The translations under genes were made by a program, and so were the position numbers. A stretch of 64,000 bases of DNA, from NCBI GenBank assembly GCA_964016885.1, contig OZ024764.1, forward strand, positions 29,264,001 to 29,328,000. The letters are read 5' to 3'. The notes under the pieces were generated by a model that worked only from the letters and a program-made list of their open reading frames with translations, did not search any database and was not told the origin of the DNA. The stretch is from Eledone cirrhosa (lineage: Eukaryota). Numbering within the stretch: the stretch's first letter is position 1; the number at the start of each line of letters is the position of its first letter. Positions 39,641-53,553 of this stretch are shown in pieces.

Positions 39641-39704
39641 ATATAGAGATAGATAGATAGATACAGTCACACACACTCACACAAATATATATATAATAAA
39701 AATA

Positions 39705-40181
39705 ATTGTTCCTACCTTTGGCACAAGGCCAGCAATTATCCCAGTGTATTACTGGTACTTTATTTTATCGACCCCGTAAGGATGAAAGGCAAAGTTAACC
39801 TCGGCGGGATTTGAACTCAGAATGGCAAGGGCCATAACTCTATGCATCAAAGCATGGCGTCCGACCCTTTACCGATACTGTCAATCCAACGCCCTTATAT
39901 TAATAATAACACATAATAATAATAATAATAACAACACCAACAACAACAACGATAATAATTGTTTCTACTTTAGGCACAAGGCCAGCAATTACCCAGTGCA
40001 TTACTGGTACTTTAATAATAATTGTTTCTACTTTAGGCACAAGGCCAGCAATTACCCAGTGCATTACTGGTACTATATTTTATCAACAATAATAATAATA
40101 ATTGTTTCTACTTTAGGCACAAGGCCAGCAATTACCCAGTGCATTACTGGTACTTTATTTTATCGACCCCGTAAGGATGAA
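39705..40181 (-). mobile_element. SINE family A plus three tandem tail fragments
   Basis: Full copy 39705-39896. aattgtttctactttaggcacaaggccagc is repeated at about 39957, 40020 and 40101. Confidence 0.85.
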
Positions 40182-40959
40182 ACGAAAGACAGTTACTTTA
40201 GACCATCCCAATTTATTTTATTATATGTATTTTGAAGATGCAAGGCTTATGTAAAACATAAGCCAAAAGATGTTCTCATCAGACAAAATCCACTGGAGAG
40301 GTAGAAAACATTTGACATGCAGGTGGTCATATATATATATATATATATATATATTTTAAAATATAGAAGAGCTTCTATATTAAAACATTTATACTCTGCT
40401 ATGTATTGAGTACCTTACTTACTGTGGTTACCTCCGATTCAACCCGGAATAATATATATATATAGAGAGAGAGAGAGTGAGAGAGAGGGAGAGAGGGAGG
40501 GAGAGAGATAGATACACACACACAGATATATATATATTTATTATAAGAACAGATTAAATTTGAAGCAAAGAATCACTGCTTTCACCCTTAACAGGATCTT
40601 CTGAAACTATGGGTTTTTATATATATATATAATCCTTATCGAGCCCTCTTCGGATTTTAGTCGTCACATTTATTATTACTATATATATAAAGTACCAGTA
40701 ATATACTGGGTAATTGCTGGCCTTGTGCCTAAAATAGAAACAATTATTACTATATATATATACAGTCACACACGTAAATTACATATACATATGTGTGTAT
40801 ATATGTCCAAAATTAAATTAAGGGTTGTCAGGTCTGAGAGACATGCGCCATATCCACTGTAGAATAAGCTCAAAGATTCCAATGAATAGATCCGAGCATT
40901 TCATATCAACTAGAAACAGACTAACATCACTCTGATTGTTCCATATGTTTATTTTATAT

Positions 40960-41303
40960 ATCATCATCATCATCATTTCATTTTACGTCTGCTTTTTCCC
41001 TGCTTGCAAGGGTGGGACGGGAACTGATTCTGGCTTGATTTCTACAGCTGGATGCCCTTCCTAACACCAACCTCATTTACAGTGAGTGCTGGGTGCTTTT
41101 TTTACCGTGGCACCTGCACGACCACTTAGCAGTGGAATGATATGGACCCCAGTCCCTATCATCTCATTTCTACAGCTGAGCAAACTGGAGCAATGTGAAA
41201 TAAAGTGTCTTGCTCAAGGAAACAACACATCACCCGGTCTGAGAATTGAACTCAACCTTTCGATTGCAAGGCCAATGCTCTAACCACTAAGCCATGTGCC
41301 TCC
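40960..41303 (-). mobile_element. tRNA-derived SINE family B (CORE-like centre, RTE-like tail)
   Basis: Head ggcacatggcttagtggttagagc, central ccttgagcaagacacttt, gttaggaagggcatccagc motif, and a tail matching the RTE LINE end at 6060-6110 plus (GAT)n. Confidence 0.85.
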
Positions 41304-41503
41304 ATTATATATATATGTCAATCTGTTTCTAGTTGATATGTGTGTATATGTATATATATATATATATATAAAATTAAGAAAATTAACAGAGAAGACAAGA
41401 CAACGAATGGAAACAAACCAAAAGATTTTTTATCGACAACCTTAAAAAATAATTCTTAATAAAAATATTTCTTTATTTAACATACATATATACATATATA
41501 GAT

Positions 41504-41538
<35 letters not shown>

Positions 41539-41666
41539 AATAAATACACACCTACATATATGTGAAGTCTCACTTCACACTGTAAACCGGACATACATCC
41601 AGTCCTTTTCTCTTCAACCTGTCTTTTCTTATCTGTTTACCCGGGCGAAGCTGGGTACGCCAGCTA

Positions 41667-41720
<54 letters not shown>

Positions 41721-42212
41721 TTATTTGTGTTCCATCGGAGGGGCACCGTCACCAATGCTACACCTCCTATATACATAATATTTGTAAATCGATCTTTAAC
41801 TGCAGTACAGCAAGTACAATTTGATTTGTTTTGAGGCGATCACAGAACACTCAATGTATCGAAAGTTAAAAACAAACATTAAGTCCAGAGTTAAACACCG
41901 TAGTTATAAAATGTGATACCAAGAGAACCGACCGAAGACACAAAATAATGATATATATAGTTCTCAATTCACATTGCGTGCAGGTTGTATTACTAACGAA
42001 AGCAAAATCACGGACAAAAACAACCGCTTTTAATTTACTTGCTATAATGAACTTTCTTGACAATATATATGAGTAAATATACAAATATCTAAATAATATA
42101 TTTATATACATACAGTTGAATGGTGTATGATGTTGGCAAAATCATCATCATTATAATAATGTAGAAACGAAGATTCTGTGAGAGACAGGTTCGTCGTAGT
42201 TTTCTGGTTTCG

Positions 42213-42257
<45 letters not shown>

Positions 42258-42929
42258 ATTTATTATAGAAATGGGGCCTACAGGACTAGGATTGTTTCAT
42301 TCGAAGGTGTATATATACGCAGAAAGAGTAAATAAGAGTTGTTAATTAAAGAAAAAACATGTGCTTGGATACCAAACTACCGGAAATACACGTTTTGATA
42401 CATATGATTACCTATTTCCAGCCACAGTTTCGAACTCAAATATATTTTCTGGTTTCTAATAAACGTGCTTTATTGAGTTTATTCGTTTCTCAGATCCTCC
42501 CACCCGTCTACTAAAATTTTCTGTACTATCTGCAGCGAACTTTTATTTTACGTGGTAGAATTCCTGCGACAATTAATTTTCTTTAGACATTAAAAAAACA
42601 TTATACATGAGAAATAAGTACATTACTAGAAATCCCATTCGGTGTAAAATAAATAGGATGGGTTTGGGTCTCAATATGTAAACTAAACGACTAATTCTAT
42701 TTTTTTTTTAAATCAACAGGATCAACTTAGAAAAATTACAGATTTGTTAACCCTCTCACCGCTTATTCCAACACCTCTCCTCTTATTTGGGAACCGAGAG
42801 TACTTAAAATATTTATGGATGATATATATATATATTTAACATCCATTTTCCTAGCATGGGTTAGACGGGTTGGCCTATTTGACGCAGGTTGAAGTCGGAT
42901 GACCATAGCTTGCTTAGGTAGATGTATAG

Positions 42930-43108
42930 AATTTCTACTTTGGGCACAAGACGAGCAATTATCGCAGTGTATTACTGGTACTTTATTTTATCGACCCCCG
43001 TAAGGATGAAAGGCAAAGATAACGTCGGCGGGACTTGAACTCAGATCATAAAGGGCCGTAACTCTATGCTGCAAAGCATGGCGTCCGACCTTCTACCGAT
43101 ACTGCCAA
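42930..43108 (-). mobile_element. SINE family A
   Basis: Reverse copy with A and B boxes. Confidence 0.85.
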
Positions 43109-43114
43109 TAGAAT

Positions 43115-43320
43115 AACGTTCCACCTTGCTGTTCATATATATTACTGTTACACATCCATCGAAGCATGGAAGCTTCATTTATTTCCAATCCTCACAGGTC
43201 CTCTGCACACAGTGCCCAGGTCTCATGGTACATCATAGAATCTGCTTTTTATCTTGAGGAAAAAAAACCTTTGTAGCTAGCAGCGGTAGTAGCTCTTTGA
43301 ACTTTCTCCATCTCGTTCTC
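43115..43320 (-). mobile_element. RTE LINE C-terminal fragment
   Basis: The reverse strand reads MMYHETWAL...EASMLRWMCN. Confidence 0.55.
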
Positions 43321-44641
43321 ATTCTGACTACTGTACTTTTGGAACACCCATCTCCACTGCTAATTTGGTCACCCATGTATACACACACACATATATATAT
43401 ATATATTGTTACACTTTGGGAGGGTCATATTGTTGTAATAATATTGCCAGAAATGATAACAGAACACACTCACTGTTTGCCAATAGAATAACGAAGCGAT
43501 GTATAGTACTGAACCATCTTTTTGTCCTTTTAGTTCACCCGAGTGTCCGTCTATTCCCTCTCCTATGCTATGGGCTGGAAACACCGTATGTCAATACGGC
43601 ACCCTAACAACTCCCTCAAGAGTTACGTGACCAGGCTATCCCATATATAGACACGTACTTACATATGCAATCATGTTTTGTTTTTTTTATGAATGTTTCT
43701 ACAAACAGAATATTGTTCTCTATTCGTTTAGACAGTTAGTGGTGTCGGGTTTAAGAAAGGTTTCGCTGTTATTTCTAGCAGGGTGGGGCCCACATAGTGG
43801 TTTCTTCATCGATCCGTAATTGATGTTTTGTTCGGTAATAATTGTTTCTACTTTTTGGCACACACAAGGCCAGCAATTACCCAGTGCAATTGTTCGGTAA
43901 TAATGTTACATTTATCATCGATTGGACCCGATTGAAACCAGTCCTGGTGATATGAAATGACACAAGGAACTTTTAACGTATGTCATTGGTGCTATTCACT
44001 GAAGGAAAATATAAAATATTGTCAACAGGACCGTTAACCCGCGATCTTAATTATAACTTAATCCAATTATATCTTGTGTAGCAATTATTTGATATTGAGG
44101 TGAACATTAACGTTTTGTAGATAACATAAGGTGAGCTACATGTTTCAGGGTAGGTGTTCCATCACCTACATGATTAAATATTTCATCAGAAACTACGCTA
44201 CGTCGTGAATTGGTTGTTCCTCTTTTTACAGGGCTGAGAGAAATAGGTTTAAATCACCAACATCTGAACTTACCTTTCCTGGTCCTTCTTGACTTTACAC
44301 TTGGACTTGAAATATAAAGTATGTATTGTTAACACAGCAGATATTGTGTACTTTTCTACACTCTGTGGTGAACAATCCTGCTTTATTAAGTTTATACACA
44401 TTCACACATTTAATATATATGTAGTGACCTACATTCCGCGGGCTCATATACATTCTCTGTGCGTGATTTGGCTCAGCTCAGCCAATCAACGCCAGACACA
44501 CATATATATAACATTGCAAATTGCTCGCAATTCTCTCAAAAGACATTACATATATATGTTGTTGATTAACACATATAACAAATACAATTAACTATTGCTA
44601 GGAACCTCATGGAAACAACACACCAAAATATATGAATTACT

Positions 44642-45730
44642 ATGGAGGAAGTTAAACACTTGGACATTTCTAACACACCTGTTTCTCCCAATATGGATAC
44701 AGTTACACAAACATACAGTGATGAGAAACCTTTACCTAGTGAAACATGTACTGAACAAGGATCATTACACAGAATTATTGCTGAATATAGCTGTGAGTTT
44801 TGTAGGAAAACTTTCTCTTCGGAAGATGAAGTCTTCACACATAAAGAGACACACACCAGGGAAAAACCGTTCCATTGTGAAATATGTGGGAAATTTTTTC
44901 TTAGAAATTCCTATCTTGTAGTTCACACACACACACACTGGAGAAAAACATGTTCACTGTGAAATATGTGGGAAATCTTTTGTAAAAAAACAGTGTCTGA
45001 AATACTCACATACAAACACACACTGGAGAAAAACCCTATCACTGTGAAATATGTGGGAGACCTTTTGCCCGTGACAATACTTTAACAAAACACATTCGAA
45101 CACACACTGGAGAAAAACCCTATCACTGTGAAATATGTGGGAGACCTTTTGCCCGTGACAATACTTTAACAAAACACATTCGAACACACACTGGAGAAAA
45201 ACCCTATCACTGTGAAATATGTGGGAGACCTTTTGCCCGTGACAATACTTTAACAAAACACATTCGAACACACACTGGAGAAAAACCCTATCACTGTGAA
45301 ATATGTGGGAGACCTTTTTGCCCGTGACAATACTTTAACAAAACACATTCGAACACACACTGGAGAAAAACCCTATCATTGTGAAATATGTGGTAAATAT
45401 TTTGTCTCTAACAGTGATTTAAATAGACACAAAGGAATACACATTGGAGTGAAACCCTGCCACTGTGAAATATGTGGGAAATGCTTTGTACATAAGAGTG
45501 CTTTAAAAAAACATATCGGAATACACAGAAGAAAAGCCATGTCATTGTGAAATATGTGGGAAAACGTTCTCTGATAATGCTAGTCTTCAGGTTCACAACC
45601 GGATACACACTGGAGAGAAACCGTACCAATGTGAAATATGTGGGAAATCTTTTTTCTCTATCAGTCACATAAATAGACACAGACAAATTCACACTGGAGG
45701 GAAACTTTTGAACTGTGAAACCTGTGATAT
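44642..45730 (+). pseudogene. C2H2 zinc-finger gene with several frameshifts (about 10-11 fingers)
   Basis: CxxC...HxxxH-TGEKP units spread over different frames. Breaks at about 44935 (CA run), 45005, 45315 (T run) and 45525. Could be consensus errors rather than real pseudogenisation. Confidence 0.75.
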
Positions 45731-46004
45731 CCTTTTCTTACAAACCTAAACTCATTGTCCACAACTAAGAACAAAATGGGTGAATATTTATCATGGTGAA
45801 ATATATTAGAAATAATTTTCATCTTATAGTCTACAAATATAATTGTTTCTATTTTTGGCACAAGGCCAGCAATTGTAAGAGGTTTGCCAATGATGGCTGT
45901 GACCTCTTCAGGCAGTCTGAATTGGTGTGGAAAGACAGGTACACATGTTGAAGTGTGTTCCACTCTGTTAGTGAGAGCTGACCTCAGATCGTTGAAGCTC
46001 ACTG

Positions 46005-46180
46005 TATCCTTTAAAACCTCCATGGAACAAACTACCTGCCTGCATCAGTTGTTAGCTGGCGAGACACTGCATCTTTCAAAACCTCCATGGAACAAACTAC
46101 CTGCATCGGTTGTTAGCTGTCGAGACACTGCATCCTTCAAAACCTCCATGCTTCCTGAAATTTGCCAACACTATACCAGA
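46005..46180 (+). mobile_element. CR1/L2-type LINE 3' end fragment, locally duplicated
   Basis: WNKLPASVVSCRDTASFK motif, with ccatggaacaaactacctgc present twice. Confidence 0.6.
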
Positions 46181-46191
46181 TATTTCCCCTT

Positions 46192-46228
<37 letters not shown>

Positions 46229-46401
46229 GTGTGTGTGTCTGTATGTGTATATCATGTACACAATAATTTCATTATATCATGACTCATACACTGTTCACTT
46301 CCCTGACATGTGTACATTATTCTAAGTACTATACATGCACCTTTGATGAGTTGTAGTGCACCCGAGCACTGTACACAATAATTTCATTATTATTATTATA
46401 A

Positions 46402-46582
46402 TGGATTGGCAGTATCGGTAGAGGGTCGGACGTCATGCTTTCTAGCACAGTTACGTCCCTTTACGTTCTGAGTTCAAATCCCGCCGAGGTTAACTTTGCC
46501 TTTCATCCTTACGGGGTCGATAAAATAAAGTACCAGTAATGCACTGAGTAATTGCTGGCCTTGTGCCAAAAGTAGAAACAAT
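46402..46582 (+). mobile_element. SINE family A
   Basis: Full-length copy. Confidence 0.88.
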
Positions 46583-46999
46583 TATCTCTCTCTATACTGT
46601 CATCCCTCACCATGACAGCCTCCCCGCTCTCCAACACCTTTTCTACCGATACCCTACCCTTTCCCCCAGCACTTCCACTCTTCTCTGTCTGGCGGAGCTT
46701 ATTCTGACCCTCAATGGGTTTTTCTGGGGGAGTTTTACCAGCAGGTCTCTGGAGTGACCATGGGAACCAGAATGGTTTTCTACTCTCTCTCTCTCTCTCT
46801 CTCTCTTTCACTATCTCCTCCTCTTTCACTATTTCCCCTTCTCTCTCTTTCACTGTCTCTCCCTCTCTCTTTCTTTCACTATCTCCCCCACCCCCTCTCT
46901 CTCTCCCCCTTCCTCTTTCTCTCTCTCTCCCCCTTCCTCTTTCACTATCCCCATTTATCTGTTTCTAACTATCTCTTTCTCTTTCACTACCCCCCCTCC

Positions 47000-47132
47000 C
47001 AGTTTCTGACATGCGCAGTAGAGCAGTACCCCCACTTCCGTCTTCACCGCGTATAGTTATGATAGAAGAAAATATAAATTTTTTAATATTTCCGAAAGTA
47101 TTAAAGATGTGAAAGTATTCAATAATGTAAGT
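47000..47132 (+). promoter_or_regulatory. Candidate promoter and non-coding first exon of the 50666 ZNF gene
   Basis: catgcgca (NRF1-like) and cacttccg (ETS-like) motifs, then a |gtaagt donor at 47127. A plausible partner acceptor ttttattatttcag| is at 50271. Confidence 0.45.
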
Positions 47133-47448
47133 ATTATGTCTGCTAATATTGTAGACTTACGTTAACACTTCTCACATGAGAAATATTGGTTTTTCTTTTT
47201 TTCATTATTGGAAATATAAAACGTTATGGTGAACATGTGTAATTTAGCCACCTCTAATTAATTAAAGTCGAAACTATTGTTGTTGCTAGTCAGACATTGA
47301 TATTAATTCTATTGTCCAGTACATTGTCTCAAATATCACAGATTAAACAGATTTTATCAATAACGACACAAATCAATAACTTTAATCTAGATTATTAGCT
47401 AAACTACGATGTATTATATAAATATCTGTGTGTCTGTATGTGTATATA

Positions 47449-47496
<48 letters not shown>

Positions 47497-47743
47497 GGAA
47501 AAATTTGAACAGGGACAAAACAGAGAGGCAGTACAATAAATGTTTATTAATTTCACGCTCAGGAGAGTGGGGGGGGGTAGGTGGGGGACGACGTTTCGGG
47601 CATAAGCCCTTCCTCAGGTGAGAAGTGTGTGGGAACAGAGTTCAAAAGGTGTGTAGGGGAGTGGTGGAGAGACATATAGCGAAAGGAAACGGTGCGAATG
47701 AAAAAAAACAAATAAAGATAAACGATTTATATATATATAAACG

Positions 47744-47805
<62 letters not shown>

Positions 47806-48213
47806 CGTTTTAGTATCTGTTTTTGCAAAATATATCTGAAAACGTGTGTTGAAACAGATATTATTTATTATTATATAAAAATCTGGTAAATTTAGAGATT
47901 TCTCGATTTCAGTGAGAAAAGACAAAAATTGTCCTGCCTCTTTTTTTTTTGAGTGTGCTATCAACTAATCTAATCTTCAAGATTCTATCAATCAACCTTT
48001 TTTTCATGAGAAGGGAGTGGTGGGGGTGGTTTTCCCTACGATTTTTTTTTCACTTGTTATCAACTAGTAGGCCCTCCAAACCAGTCAGAAACAATTAGAT
48101 TTGTAGAAAAAGAAGGGACCAGGGGACAAAACGGCTCAGAATTTCACAGATCTCCACACCTCTCGTGTTGGGTGGGAAATAATTTCTTTCCTTATTTTTT
48201 TCTGGACCTTTTT

Positions 48214-48613
48214 CACAACAAAAAGCCCCCAGTCCACACTGTAAAGTGGTCATGTAGGTGTCAACAAAAAGTACCCAGTGCACACTGTAAAGTGGTCATG
48301 TAGGTGTCAACAAAAAGTACCCAGTGCACACTGTAAAGTGGTCATGTAGGTGTCAACAAAAAGCCCCCAGTCCACACTGTAAAGTGGTCATGTAGGTGTC
48401 AACAAAAAGTACCCAGTGCACACTGTAAAATGGTTATGTTGGTGACAACAAAAAGTACCCAGTCCACACTGTAAAGTGGTCATGTAGGTGTCAACAAAAA
48501 GTACCCAGTGCACACTGTAAAGTGGTTATGTTGGTGACAACAAAAAGTACCCAGTCCACACTGTAAAGTGGTTGTGTAGATGTCAAGACAAAAAGTACCC
48601 AGCCCACACTGTA
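48214..48613. repeat. 47-48-bp minisatellite, about 8 copies (reverse complement of the 11058 array unit)
   Basis: Unit acaaaaagtacccagtgcacactgtaaagtggtcatgtaggtgtca. Confidence 0.92.
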
Positions 48614-48619
48614 ACGTAA

Positions 48620-50105
48620 AAGGTTTATATCATTGACACCTTTCTCCTCTATTACCCCTGTGCATCTATATACAAAGTCTTCCTTTCCCATTAGTCTACC
48701 TGTTATCTTACTACATCTCTTGTGTACATCATATAAAGTTTATGACTACCCTTTTTCTACATATTAAGCAGGGCCACTTCTTTGAAGGAATCAGGGTCCT
48801 ATGTTCTCTTCTACTTACTAGCACTTTAGTTTTGGCTAAGTTTACTCAGAAACCTTTTCATTCCAAATTCCGTTGCCATAGTTGGAACGTGTTCTTTAGT
48901 TCTTTTATGGATTCAGCTATAAAGAGCCGATCATCCATGTAAAGAAGTTCCCATGGACAACCAGTCTTAAACTCCTCTGTTATAGCCTAGGGAACTATGA
49001 TGAACAGCAGTTGGCTAAGAACTGAACCCTGCTGAACTCCTATCTTCTCCTTGAATTCCTCACTTTACTGACCGCTCCTCTGTACATAACTTGCACTGCT
49101 CTCACAAGCCATTCTTCTACACCTAATTTCCTTAAGGACCACCAGATAATAGATCGAAGTATGCTGTTAAAGGCCTTTTCTAAATAGACAAAAGCTAAAT
49201 ATAGCAGCTTATTTTTGGCTGGGAACTTCTCATGTGGGTTACTAGTTCAATTCCAACTTATCCCAATGTTTTTAGCATCTTGGCAACTATCTCTTACTGT
49301 CTCGCAACTTCACCATTCTTCATGTGGATTGCTTCTTTGATTCTATAACTTTCAATTTCAATAGCTGGTCCCTCTGTTGGGTAATTTGGAGGTAGTTTCT
49401 CCTCCTCTTATTCATTCTCTACATTCATCTGCCTCACATTATAACATTTCCTTGCGTCTTTTGAGCATTAGTTGTGTTAAGTGTACCAGTGTCAGTCTTA
49501 ATACACTTCTCCCCAACATTTCAATTCACATTGTCACACTGCCTTAGAATGCGGAACATTTCATTTGTGTCACAGAATTCCTGGAGTCTCAGTACTTCTT
49601 CATTTCTTGAGCCATAACCATAGCTGCTGTCAACTCCAGTGGAACCATCCTTATACTGTCAAACATGTCCATTGAAGTCACCTGCCATGATGGTGAAGTT
49701 TCTTTCATCAGTAACTGAAATTGTCAGTAAAAGTTCCCCATAAAATCTGTACTTTTGTTCTTTACTCAGTCCTTCCTATGGAGCATAGGTAGATGTAATT
49801 GTCACCATTCTATTTCCTACAGCTATTGTAAGTTTGATAATCCTGTCACTCTATCTCCCTCTATCAACTTATCTATCCATTTCTCAGTAAATAGAATGCC
49901 TACACTACCTCCACATCATCGTTTCCTGCCTGGTAAAGTTTATATCTATGTTGTTTGACTGTGAATGGTCTCACTGAGGCACCCCTCCATCTCATCTCTT
50001 CGACACAGCATATGTCCACTTCTCTCTAACAGTTCCACAATTTCACCAGATTTACCTTTCCGGGTGCCAACATTGAAGGTGGCAGTCCTAAGATTTGTAT
50101 CTTGG
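48620..50105 (-). mobile_element. Degenerate RTE-type LINE (endonuclease N-terminus and RT remnants)
   Basis: LRTATFNVGTRKGKSGEIVELLER (APE start) near 50090. GVQQGSVLS and WELLYMDD-like RT motifs near 49030-48930. Many stops and deletions. Confidence 0.75.
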
Positions 50106-50665
50106 CAGTGATTAGTTCCTTGACTAGCAGTTCTTTGTACCTCAAAGGAAAAAATGCATATTGATGAATCTTGCTCTCTTTGTCTCGTCTTCTCCACTTA
50201 CAACAGTTTTACTCCATCTGTTTTCTGTTGTCTGTCTTCTCTGATAATGTTTTTTTTTTTTATTATTTCAGATTATCAGATGACATTGGAATAAAAGAGT
50301 GTTTTCTTGAGATGTATCATCAATATTTATCATCTTTTAAAGAGTAAAAGAAGTTGATATATCAGAGAGATATAATCTTATTTACATATATCTGTCTGTG
50401 GTATATTTCTTTTTACCTGAGAGAAATAGCAACATTTCTCTTTTTCACTGTCTGGAATATTTACAAGAGGATTTTACCTTGACATTAAACTGAGATTGCG
50501 ACATCTTCAGAGATTGACACAGTTGATGGAAATATTACACTAGAAATATTTTCAACATTTGAAATTAAAGACAAGAAAAGTATCCATATATTGTTGTGAG
50601 AGAGGAAAAATTATGAAAAAACTAATTATCAGATAAACTTATGTCGTTGATATTTTCTAGAAGAG

Positions 50666-51781
50666 ATGCCAAAAGTGATAAAAAAACTATCTTACTCCTC
50701 AGATATCTGTGGTAAATCATTCTCTGTCAGTGGTGGATTAACAAGTCACAAACGTATCCATACAGGAGAGAAGCCATATCATTGTGATGTCTGTGGTAAA
50801 TCATTCTCTGCGAAAGGTAATTTAACTAGACACAAACTTATTCATACAGGAGAGAAACCATATCACTGTGATATCTGTGGTAAATCATTTTCTCAAAATC
50901 ATTCTTTAACTACTCACAAACATGTCCATACAGGAGAGAAACCATATCATTGTGATATCTGTGGTAAATCATTCTCTAAAAGTAATGTCTTAACTAAACA
51001 CAAATATATTCATACAGGAGAGAAACCATATCACTGTGATATCTGTCGTAAATCATTCTCTGATTGTAATGACTTAACTAAACACAAACGTATTCATACA
51101 GGAGAGAAGCCATATCACTGTGATATATGTGGTAAATCATTCTCTCAACATAATCATTTAACTACTCACAAACGTATTCATACAGGAGAGACACCATATC
51201 ATTGTAATATTTGTGGTAAATCATTTTCTCAGATAAGTAACTTAACTGCTCACAAACATATTCATACAGGAGAGAAGCCATATCACTGTGATATCTGTGC
51301 TAAATCATTCTCTGAAAGAGATGACTTAACTAAACACATACGTATTCATACTGGAGAGAAGCCATATCACTGTGATATCTGTGGTAAATCATTTTCTCAG
51401 CTTCCTCATTTAACTATCCACAGACGTATTCATACAGGAGAGAAACCACATCATTGTGATATCTGTGGTACAACATTCTCTCAGAAAGGGAATTTAACTA
51501 AGCACAAGCATACTCATACAGGAGAGAAGCCATATCACTGTGACATCTGTGGTAAATCATTCTCCCTACATCATCATTTAACTACTCACAAATATGTGCA
51601 TACAGGAGAGAAGCCACATCATTGTGATATTTGTGGCAAATCATTCTCTGAGAAATGTAATTTAACTAGACACATACGTACTCATACAGGAGAGAAGCCA
51701 CATCATTGTGATATTTGTGGCAAATCATTCTCTGAGAAATGTAATTTAACTAGACACATACGTACTCATACAGGAGTGTAG
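50666..51781 (+). CDS. Tandem C2H2 zinc-finger protein, 371 aa, 13 fingers (first lacks one Cys), no effector domain
   Basis: Uninterrupted ORF of CDICGKSF...H...HTGEKPYH repeats, typical of the cephalopod ZNF expansion. Confidence 0.92.
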   Translation: MPKVIKKLSYSSDICGKSFSVSGGLTSHKRIHTGEKPYHCDVCGKSFSAKGNLTRHKLIHTGEKPYHCDICGKSFSQNHSLTTHKHVHTGEKPYHCDICGKSFSKSNVLTKHKYIHTGEKPYHCDICRKSFSDCNDLTKHKRIHTGEKPYHCDICGKSFSQHNHLTTHKRIHTGETPYHCNICGKSFSQISNLTAHKHIHTGEKPYHCDICAKSFSERDDLTKHIRIHTGEKPYHCDICGKSFSQLPHLTIHRRIHTGEKPHHCDICGTTFSQKGNLTKHKHTHTGEKPYHCDICGKSFSLHHHLTTHKYVHTGEKPHHCDICGKSFSEKCNLTRHIRTHTGEKPHHCDICGKSFSEKCNLTRHIRTHTGV

Positions 51782-52233
51782 CCATATCACTGTGATAAAG
51801 CCATGCTAAATAAATAAACTCTGGATATTTTTACAAAAACACCTTGCAACATTTTCAAATATCAACAAAGATGACAGTTGAAGGAAATACAGCTGAAGAA
51901 ATATTTTTTAGGAATAAAATATATAAATGAAAACAGGAAAAATATCCATATATTGTGATGAGAGAATAACAATAGAAGAATGAACTACATGAGAAAAGGA
52001 AATGTTTTTACATCAGATGTATCATTAATATTTGTCATCTTTTAAAGACTAATAGAAGATGCTATAGAAAAGAGATATGACCATGTTTGAGTATCTATGG
52101 TAGAATTAGAGTGACATAGTTTTACTGTCTTGAGATACATAAGATTTCTCTAGTTCACCATCTACAATGTGTACAAGATGATTTTACATTCTGATTAAAG
52201 TTGGATACATTTACTAACAAGATTCAGAAATAG

Positions 52234-53209
<976 letters not shown>

Positions 53210-53553
53210 AGGCACATGGCTTAGTGGTTAGAGCATTGGCCTTACAATCGAAAGGTTGTGAGTTCAATTCTCAGACCGGGTGATGTGTTGTTTCCTTGAG
53301 CAAGACACTTTATTTCACATTGCTCCAGTTTACTCAGCTGTAGAAATGAAATGATAGGGACTGGGGTCCCTATCATTCCACTGCAAAGTGGTCCTGGAGG
53401 TGCCACGGCAAAAAAGCACCCAGCCCACACTATAAAGTGGATGTGTAGGCGCCACGGAAAAAAGCACCCAGCACTCATTGTAAATGAAGTTGGTGTTAGG
53501 AAGGGCATCCAGCTGTAGAAATCAAGCCAGAATCAGTTCCCATCCCACCCTTA
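53210..53553 (+). mobile_element. SINE family B
   Basis: Same structure, tail interrupted at 53553. Confidence 0.85.
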
